DNA of 61,492 bases, filler included, from Sphacelaria rigidula (Eukaryota): NCBI GenBank assembly GCA_964200075.2. It is 10 parts of 10 records of this genome, joined end to end, with 100 filler letters (N's around TTAATTAATTAA, not from the genome) between each part and the next. Parts side by side here need not be neighbours in the genome. Positions count along the whole stretch, not along the records: positions 49,276 to 55,334 come from CAXNAA020022516.1; positions 55,435 to 61,492 come from CAXNAA020022517.1; 8 more parts are not named here. The stretch is one strand, 5' to 3'. This document shows positions 52,101-61,492 of the stretch, piece by piece. Position 1 is the stretch's first letter. Each line of letters begins with the position of its first letter. The notes under the pieces are model-generated. The model saw only the letters and a program-made list of their open reading frames with translations, made no database searches and had not been told where the DNA came from. The translations under genes and the position numbers were made by a program.

Positions 52101-52733
52101 GCGAGTTCATCGATGCCAATCCTTTGATGGTATCGATTTTGAAATACCGTAGTGGTGGTTTTGAAACAAGATACCACTGCATTACCCATGTGCGTTGGAG
52201 GGATGTTCGTCACGCTAGGGGGAAGTTCGATACAGTTCGAGCGGTATGTCGAGGAAGTGTATGCAATACATACATGCCTTGACATACAGCTAGTGGCACA
52301 TGGGGGAACAACCCGAAATTGAAAAACACCCGTCCGAATGATGCATAGGTGCAGATGTGTGGTGCACTGGGATATCCGACGCGTTTGGTTCGGACAGTGT
52401 TCGTGCGCATGATGTTTCAGTCAGAATCGATTTTCCCCTACTTCACCAGCGCTTTCTCTCAAATTTTTTCTCACACTACGGAAGTGGGAGCGCTAAACAC
52501 TCCTATGCTGGTGTGCTGTATGTGGGAGCCTTTAGATTTCAAACCTAAGATTCGGTGGCTCGAACAAGGTATTGGTCCAAGCACCACAACCTGTATGCGC
52601 TGCGGGAAATCGCAATTCGTGAATAGGATAGAATGTGTTTCGACAGACTACGGAACGCAAGCGGCTACACATCCCCAGTAGGCTGGCCTGGGTGACGCAT
52701 GCTTCAAGGTGTACTGGTGTCGAAAATCAGTGC

Positions 52734-52784
<51 letters not shown>

Positions 52785-54179
52785 AGACGGGGCTCACTCC
52801 TACGGGGTGACAATGGCATTGACGCTGAAGGGCTGTATGTGTAAAAGACTTGTGTGAAGTGGAGCTAGACTGTATTGATCCGTAAGCTTCGGTCGGCACC
52901 TGAAATGTTGCTCCAAGACGAGGGTTGCGCGGGAAACGTGACTACTGGTACTCAACCGGAAGGGTGGTGCTCGTGCAAACTCCAAGAAAAAAAAAGGCGA
53001 CCGCAATCGTGCAGTGCTACAAAACTACTGGCGATAGCCGTATTTGTCTATCGGGGGTGGTCGGATTCGGAGACGGCATTGCTACCGAAGTACTCATGTC
53101 CTGTAGTGCCGAATAATCCGAACACGTGTGTACGTATTCGAGAAGATGTGACACTCGACTGCAGCCGTATCACATGCCTGCGACAAGTCAAATCAAACAC
53201 TCCGGCGAAGAAGAATATCGAGTGCATGAGAGGCAGACACACCTATCGCTGAACAGCTCGTGGTGCGGGGTTGATGGACGAGTCATCCTACGATAGGGGG
53301 GGGGGGGTATTTGATTGCACGAAAAAAAGGCTGATAATTGTGTCAGATGACCCGCAGCACTCGCGATGCGATTGTATTTGGTTCAAAACGGTGTCAATCG
53401 GTGTGAACGAGCGTTATGTATCTTTAACGAGCTCGTTCGAGCAACCGGTGCTGATTTCAGCGGCGATTTGCGTTGGAATGTCGTGCAAGAAGTTGCCCAA
53501 AATACCCCCCCCCCCCTATTTTACGATGCCTCGGACCGTATCGGAACCATGACGGCATTGCACGATGGCTACAGCCCGACTCCAATTTACTGTACTGTAC
53601 TGTACTGCAGTGCAGTGTAATTTAGAACAAGGGCAAAAAAAATACTCTCCCGTTCGTGCACGGGGTGCGGTGTTACAAGTTACCCTGCACACTACAGAAA
53701 GTTCAGAGAGAGTTCAGTATTAAAGAGTACATGAAACCGAAGCACCCGTAATCACAACGCCGGTGTCTCGGCCAGGATGTTGATTTGATCACGATCGCTG
53801 GCATGGGCTATGGAAACTCGCGGTCGAACTGAAAAGGCCGCTCGAAAATACTGGTAGATCCACCAGTAGATGGAAGTTGGTGACAGCGATGCCGAAAAGA
53901 GAGTATCCAACGCTGGCACGAAAACACAAGACAAAACATACACCCGCGATGGGGCATCGTCCATGGGAGCAATGCATCCAACAACGTTTTCGTGAAATTG
54001 AGAGTAGAGCGCTGATTGACAGTGGCTTTCATCATTCGCTTTAACTCAGCCAATTTTTCATTCTGTGCGTGCTTTTCTTGGCCTGTATCACTGGCGTGTG
54101 CTTACAGCTACACGTCGATATCCTACTCAGGGATATCAAGGGCCTCAGTGGCGAGCTACTACAGAAAAGCATGTCGGGC

Positions 54180-55284
54180 CTGTTGCAGGTTAAGGGCAAC
54201 GCCCGGTTAAGGGCAACTTTTCGCTTAAGGGCAAGCGGTCCGCATTAAGGGCAAGCGCCCCTGACTATGGGGAAGCGCCCCTGACTATGGGGAAGCGCTC
54301 CTGGGTAAGGGGAAGCGCCCCTGACTATGGGGAAGCGCACCTGGGTAAGGGGAAGCACACCTGGGTAGGGGGAAGCGCACCTGGGTAGGGGGGAGCGCAC
54401 CTAAATACGGGCAAGCGCCTCTGATTATTGGCGTCTGCCCCTAGCGACGGAGAAGCGATACACGTATCGTCAACATATTCCCGAATCAGCCGAAGAATGC
54501 CAAACTGTCTAGGGCGTGCTAAGGACCCACGATACGTGTGTCTCTGGCTCGTGGGCACACGATACAGGTGTCTCTCGCTTGTGGGCACGCGATACCGGTT
54601 AGGGTTAGGGTTAGGGTATCCTGTATCCTTAGTGTAATGCGTGAGAGGACCGCGTGCTTACAGGACCGCGTCGTAGTTCAAAACACCTCAGGATCGACGT
54701 TTTTCAAAACCAATCCGGCCAGTCCCTGCAGGTACTACGCCCCTGACCATAACCCCGACACTAACCCTGACCCTGATCCTGACCCTAACCCTAACCCTAA
54801 CCCTAACCCTAACCCTAACCATAGGGATATTCAAATTCCGATGCGATCCTCTAAGCACGCGGTCCTCTCACGCATTACACTTAGCACGCCCTAGACAGTT
54901 TGGCATTCTTCGGCTGATTCGGGAATATGATGACGATACGTGTATCGCTTCTCCGTCGCTAGGGGCATATGCCAATATTCAGGGGCGCTTGCCCGTATCC
55001 AGATGCCCTCCCCCCGACCCAGGTGCGCTTCCCCTTCCCCGGGTGCGCTTCCCCCTACCCAGGTGCGCTTCCCCCTACCCAGGTGCGCTTCCCCATAGTC
55101 AGGGGCGCTTCCCCTTACCCAGGTGCGCTTCCCCATAGTCAGGGGCGCTTGCCCCTAATCCGGGCCGTTCCCCCCTAACCAGGGGCGCTTCCCCCCTAAC
55201 CAGGAGTGCTTGCCTTTAATCCGGACCGCTTGCCCTTAAGCGAAAAGTTGCCCTTAACCGGGCGTTGCCCTTAACCTGCAACAG
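54180..55284. mobile_element. ~1.1-kb foldback element with 20-bp subterminal arrays and internal telomeric repeats
   Basis: CTGTTGCAGGTTAAGGGCAACGCCCGGTTAAGGGCAAC... mirrored at the right end; 20-bp unit GGGGAAGCGC(C/A)CCTG(ACTAT/GGTAA) in both arms; (TTAGGG)3 at 54599-54616 and (CCCTAA)6 at 54783-54818. Confidence 0.9.
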
Positions 55285-55525
55285 ATCTGTTGGAATAATT
55301 CGTGGTCGTGGCACTGTCCTTACGACAGGTCAACNNNNNNNNNNNNNNNNNNNNNNNNNNNNNNNNNNNNNNNNNNNNTTAATTAATTAANNNNNNNNNN
55401 NNNNNNNNNNNNNNNNNNNNNNNNNNNNNNNNNNTGCGTGATAATTTTTGCCCGATTGATGGATGGAATGAGTGAGCCGCGGTTGAACACCTTGTTTTTG
55501 CAGTTTGTGTGCTGTTGCTACTACT

Positions 55526-55561
<36 letters not shown>

Positions 55562-55810
55562 CTATAGTATTTTTGTTTTTTCATTGGAAAGTTTCCAACA
55601 AAGTGTGCCACTGATGTCGCGATACCCCCCCCTCCGCCCCGCTCCGTCTCGAAAGGGATGCGTGGTCAATGGTCAAACGACTAACTAAGGCAAGCAACAA
55701 ATGAGTTCGTCCCCCCTCCCCCCTCCCCCAGAAAAGTGGCAAAATTAGCATGAAAAAAAAAAAAGACGAGCACACCGAGCAGCGGGCAACTCCCACGCTT
55801 GGGATTATTT

Positions 55811-55979
55811 CACACCATGGGCAATATATGGTCAATAGTTGTAATAGACAAGAAACGTACTGCATAAAGTATAGGCGTATTGCGACTATTGCCGGCCGAC
55901 AATAGTCGCAATACGCCTATACTTTATGCAGTACGTTTCTTGTCTATTACAACTATTGATCATATATTGTCCAAGTGTG
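55811..55979. repeat. Near-perfect long palindrome (candidate pre-miRNA/hairpin RNA or MITE)
   Basis: 55832-55959 is self-complementary over 128 nt with one mismatch (55892/55899). Confidence 0.9.
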
Positions 55980-56195
55980 GATTGTTTTCACCAATGTCGT
56001 CCATAGGAGGCGCTGTATGCAGTCTGAAACCAGCTATCATGCGCTGTATGTCCATCTTCTTCGTGACAGTTTTGGGGCTCGACTCGGAAGGGGGGGGGGG
56101 GGGGGGGGGGGGGCTATCGCGGCATTACTCGTACGCCATTTTTTTTCTATTTCCACCTTTTTCTGTCCTACATATAATGTAGAGCTATATACAGT

Positions 56196-56229
<34 letters not shown>

Positions 56230-56343
56230 CAACAACTCCGGTCCCTTTGTTCTTGACCTCCTTTCATTATCCCCCCTCTTTCCCTCTTCCGTCCGTGCGT
56301 CGGTTTCCCCCCATTGACGTGCGTGCAAAACGTGTATTTACAG

Positions 56344-57276
56344 AAGCGCAATCGCGATGGCGATATACAACCTAGCCATGGTAGGATTGCTCTTGGCGTT
56401 CGTGCACTGGGCGGGCGCCACTGTCCAGGTAATTCGATTTGTTTTTGTTCGTTTTTTTTTTCCTACTTGCAGTTGGGTTATCCTCATATTCTGTACAGTA
56501 GCAGGTCATTTGTTACCCGAGCGAGTTCCCGGCTACATGATGGGGTGCTCACCGCAGTTTCAGTTTGCATGGTGTCCATTAGGTTGACTTTTTTTAATGC
56601 GGCCATGAGCTTGCTGGGGGTGACATTGGCCGCCACACCTGGTGGGGAGATCGCGGGCTTAGGTCTTCTATATAATAACCACACCATGTACAGTATATGT
56701 GGGTGTGGGGGTTTGGTGTGGGCTCTTCTTGTTTTTTTTCAACAAAGGAAAAACAATCAAACGCACAATGGTTGAAGGTGTGTGTGTGTGGAGATTGAGG
56801 TGGCTTCTTCTCTTTGTTTTGGCTCTTCATGGACACATATTGCTTAAATGTGTGTATTGAAAAAAAAAAGAGTGTGGTTTCTGATTTCAAGTGTACCTCG
56901 AATACCTTGCAGAATACCCTCCACTCCACCGTTCCAGTATTTGCGTGTATATATATATATATATATACGTACATATATATTATATATGGATATCCCTCTC
57001 TTTCGGGGGTGCCCCATGTGTTTTACCTCGGGTATTATGCCTATATATTGTGATTACGGTTGGGTTTCGTCGGGCATCATCAGTCAGTGTGAGACAACTC
57101 AAATCAAGCAAGTGCGGTGTTTTATCTGGTGTGGTCGGCACAGAAAGAATGTCCGACTTTAAAACGCCTGAGAAAAACAAGGAACTGCGTGTTGAAGTGA
57201 AACTGACCGAACAAGAAAAATATTAACGAAACGAACCGGAAATGGACTCATGATAATTAACACGCTTGCGCGCGCG

Positions 57277-57319
<43 letters not shown>

Positions 57320-60064
57320 CAGGTGCTAGCCACGGCCGAGGCTTTGGCCATCGTAATTGTGGGGGTGGGAACCCTCTGCGCGATCCTCGGGCCCAAGCTG
57401 CTCATCGCCAAAGAAGAATTCAACAACAAGGCCCTCGTCGGTCCCATGTCGCACCCGGTCAGCGCCAACGACGACGAGGTCGACTCAGACGACCCGCGCT
57501 ACCTCTTCTCCTTTCAACGAGCAATGCACGCCGGCGTCCGTGTCGGCGGAGATACAGAGGGAGAAGCAGGCACTCGCAAGATCACCAAGGGTAGCGGTAA
57601 CGAGCGTGTCGTCAGCAGCAGCAGCAACAAGACGACGGTATCGGCGTTGGCGGAACTCGTATATCCACCGGATTCAGCGAGGGGTGCACCCGTCACTTTG
57701 GTAGGTGATGGTGGTGCGACTACCGAGATGTCTTCGTCGGCGCAGCCTGATGGGAAGCGCCGCAGCAGCAGGAGCGGTGGGAGCAGCGGCCTCAGGAGTT
57801 CGCGGCGGCCGTTCTCGGCAGCGCGGACCGTGACCGCGTCGGATCCCACGTCCCCAACGTGCGAGGGGGAAGGGATGGACGAGACGGAGTGTAAGATGGG
57901 CTCCGGCAGGGACGAGATAGGCGGAGAACGGCGGGGAAGCGGCGGAGGCGGAGGTGCGACACGACTATACCCCGTTGCGACCGCGCTCTACACGACGCCG
58001 CCAACTTCCAAACATAATCAAAGCGGCGGTGTTGACGATTACAGTGGCGCTGGTGATGGTGATGATAGCGGTGATGATAGTGATACAAGCAGTGTCGAGG
58101 ATACCCGCGAACCAGGCGCGCAATGCGCAAGGGTCAGCAAATTTTTCCCTCCGATGGGAGTGCCCCCGACTGTAGCGGGAGGGGTCGATAGTATTGATCA
58201 GAATCCAACGACCGTCGACGAGCGCGGGCGGGTGGAGATGCGAGAGGGGTACCGCCGCCAAGGGACGCGCGGGAGCAGTATCGACAGCGGTGTGTGTGCG
58301 AGCGACGGCCGGCCGCGATCTGAGCAGCATCGCTCCAGGCCGCCGCTCGGGGGGAGGAGCAGGAGCGGCCACCGGATGCGGGGGCCCTTAGGCAGCGGTA
58401 GTAGCTTCGTCGACAACACCGGTAGTAGGAACATTTCTACCTGCAGCAGCCCTACGGATAACGGCAGCCATCGGTCTCATGCGTCACCGTCCTCGCGGGG
58501 TTCTCGGCAGAGCGGATCTCTCGGACGAGGAGGAGTTGGAGGAGGAACAGAAGACGGCGAAAATTGTGCCGCAAAAGATCATCAGGCTGTGGAGTCCGGC
58601 GCCGCTGCCGCCAAAAACAGTAGCGTTAACAACAGGGCGCGGGCGGTGGTTGAAAAAAGTCAGGCGTTCTCGGTGTTGCCGCTCGACCTCGCAATGATGT
58701 TCAACGGGGGCAACAGCTCGGCGCCGCCTGTCGGCGACACCCCCAACAAGGGCGCCGACACGGGGGGAAGCAACACGCCGGTCACGACGCACGATTCGGG
58801 ATTGTTGAGCAGCGTGATGAGCAGCAGCCGTCGGACACTCAAGCGACGGGCTTATTCTGCCAGTAGGGTAGGGAGGGGATCTGATAGGGACAATGACAGG
58901 ACGGGGTCGTCCTTATCGTTGCGTCGCGGGGGTTCAGGTCGCGTGGGTGACGATGTTCGCGGCAAAAGGATGTCGGCAGCGGGGTCTTTGGTCATGTTCG
59001 CGGATTCCGGTACTCGGTTGTTCTGCCCTCACTGCAACGAGGAGGTGAGACGACTTTCTGTGTGCTTCGTGCTGTACTTCAAAACTGCAGTGGCAACCAA
59101 CTGTTGTGTTTTTTTTTTCTTGCATATGGTTTCGTGTCTACAGTAGTACTGCGGGAATCTCCAAAAATATACCGTATACCGTTATGTATGTTGTATATTC
59201 CGCATTCGGACGATGCTAGAATTTGGGTAGCGGGTCAAGGTGCGATTAAAGCAATCCTTCACGAGCCGCATGCTCTTGGCAACGGGGGCACACGGTGTAC
59301 TATCCAACCGCTTCATACCTGTCTGAGATATCGACTGTCGTGCGGTGAATCCCTCTATACTCCAGAGGTGTTTTTAATTTGAATGTGATTATACTATGTT
59401 CTATAGTTATATATATATTTAATTTTATTATATTTTGGGACAAGGTAGTTACCCTACCGGGGCGCGGCGATACAACGTCGTTTGTATACTCGTACAAGAT
59501 CTTTGATTCAATCTTCTCAGCATTATTTCGGCACACATCCCTGCGTGCTGTGCTGGTCTCTCTCACGTGCAGTATCCCCATGACACTGCGCCTCTCATTT
59601 ATCGTTTATTGTCAAAATGCTCTCCGACTGCAGTTTGTCAGCATGTCCTCCGATTTGTTTTGTGCAAAAGCTCATTTAAAAGATTGGATTCACCGGCCGT
59701 TGCTGCTGCTTTTGCCGCAATTGCGTCGCAGGTAGCCGGGTGCGGATTCAAGGGGTGCTCGGGGTCCTTGGTGCGACCGCCCTCCTTCAGCGATGAAGAC
59801 ATCATGGCCGATGGCTACAGGTCGTCCGCGCCGCCCGCGTTCCCGCCGCTCAGTGGCACTGGCGGCTCGTCGGCGAAGGGCGGCGCCGGTGGCAGCAAAG
59901 GCGGGGCAGATAGCGGGGCATCACCTCCGCTATCGACGATATCTTCCAAGTTGCGTTTGAGTTTCCGGTGGCGTTCCCCCGCGAATACGTTCGATAACGA
60001 GGAAGACAGCACCGATTACGATGATACTGAGGGTGTTGACGGCTCGAGTCCCCGACTGTGGTGA
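56344..60064 (+). CDS. 3' part of a class C (7tm_3, GABA-B-like) GPCR gene; exons 56344-56428, 57323-59044, 59732-60064 (3' end uncertain)
   Basis: SAIAMAIYNLAMVGLLL (TM6-like) spliced in phase 0 to VLATAEALAIVIVGVGTLCAILGPKL (TM7-like, PKL end), then a long Ser/Gly-rich tail; GT-AG sites, with a (CT)n pyrimidine tract before 57323. Confidence 0.75.
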
Positions 60065-60628
60065 TGCTTTTGTTATTACGCTTGTGAATGAGGGAAGGGT
60101 GGGGCGGCGGTCGGCGGGGGGTGGTCAAAGTCTGACCGACTGGCTGGCTTATTGCAGTGCTAATTCGATGTTTGCTGTTATTGTTGTTGCTGGGGCGGTG
60201 GTGGTGGTAGTAGTGACAGTAGTGGTAGTAGTGCTGGTAGTGGTAATGGATGATGACTCAACGACGTGGGTGTTTCGAAAATATACTGTATAGCACTGCT
60301 GGACACACGAAACAGCTGGTTGTATTGAGCCCTGGGTAGGACACTTTTGGGCTTTGGCGTTGACAAATTTGTATCCTGGTTGGTTTTACTCCTCGCGTGC
60401 TCATCCATTCTCCCCTGTGCGGGAGAGGTTAGGGAGTAATCGCCGACTGCCCACGGCTGTACAGCGGAGATGAAGGAAACGGAGGTGGCGTGAGATTGTG
60501 AGTAGTCATACCTTAGACGCGGTATTTCGCTCTTTCGCTATATATAACTTGTTTTGTATTGTCTTGTTTCTCTTTTCTTTTTTCTTTTTTCTTTTTGCGT
60601 TGTTGACTTATTATTATTTTTTCTCTCC

Positions 60629-60666
<38 letters not shown>

Positions 60667-61492
60667 CTTTTTACTTTTTTTTTTTTTGAGTGTTTTTTTT
60701 TTCTTTTTTTTATTTTTTTCCGTACGTACTACCAGCAGAGACAGACTTCGGTAGCTCGAACAACGTCTCTGGATTGGCACAGGACGATGATGCTACGGTA
60801 GCAGGCGGGGAGCGTTCACATTGTGGTAGTGAAAATATGCGTTGCGTCAAAGAGGGGAAAAGAGTCAAAGGCATTACGTTTGCACACCGATCACCCTTTC
60901 CCTCCCCGCTCCTCCCCCCACCCCTCCCGCTCCTGCGTGTGACGTCGGGTTTTGTGTAATTCGAAGTTTCGGGCCGTTGTTTTTTACGCACGATTGTTCG
61001 AAGCTGCACGGGGCGAATTCCGCGTCCCCTTTTTTGGTGGGCAAATAAACAACCCGAACAGAATTAAGTTTCGGGCGGCCGCGCCATATCTCAGCTGTTA
61101 CCTCACTTACTGCAGTACCCATTACTCTCTTATTTTTGGTATCATTCGTGCGCGCGAGCGTTTTTGTGTTGAGTGTCCCTTATCGTAGTACAAGAAGTGA
61201 AGTGTTGGGGGTCAGGGGGACTGTCTGACCAACTGTGTGCCCATCCTTTTGAGGGTTTGGGAATTGGACATGCGGGGTGATGGGGGTAGGTGCTTATCGT
61301 AGCAATGGGTTTTGAGCATTTCGGAACAATGGATGTTTTGTACAGACCAGAGGATGGAGGTGTCGAGGCATTTTACTTGATTCATGGTGTCAAGCTTGAT
61401 GTGCTCTAGTATACGGTGGGGGAGGGGGGGGCGTACTCATTTGTTGCTTGCCTTAGTCATTTGACCATTGACCACGCATCCCTTTCGAGACG

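Noticed and set aside
51120..52680. Possible decayed pol/transposase coding sequence
   Set aside because: No motif I can assign with confidence
54249..54430. CRISPR or true chromosome end
   Set aside because: Contiguous 20-bp units without spacers; telomeric tracts are short and internal to an inverted-repeat element

Overview
Repeat-rich eukaryotic DNA that looks like a brown alga (Phaeophyceae, Ectocarpus-like; inferred from the EsV-1-7 repeat gene, WSC gene, intron style and TTAGGG repeats). The window is not contiguous: ten ~6.06-kb fragments are joined by N-TTAATTAATTAA-N linkers, so adjacency across linkers is meaningless. Host genes: a complete 5-exon secreted 2xWSC protein (2446-4870), the 3' exons of a PDZ protein (minus, 19904-23862), an intronless 14-repeat EsV-1-7 protein (26214-28433) and the 3' exons of a class C-like GPCR (56344-60064). 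The rest is mostly decayed mobile DNA: an RTE LINE, a Gypsy element, Copia elements, a CMC/EnSpm-like non-autonomous family with 2-bp TSDs, several MITEs/foldbacks and a telomeric-repeat foldback. Most striking: two different Copia elements have no TGG tRNA primer-binding site after the LTR. Each instead carries a palindrome centred on CGCTA(TA)GCG that overlaps the LTR end, suggesting tRNA-independent self-priming. Second candidate: the EsV-1-7 array has one hypervariable site per 38-aa repeat, reminiscent of a TALE-like code. All homology calls come from motif recognition by eye; no searches were run.
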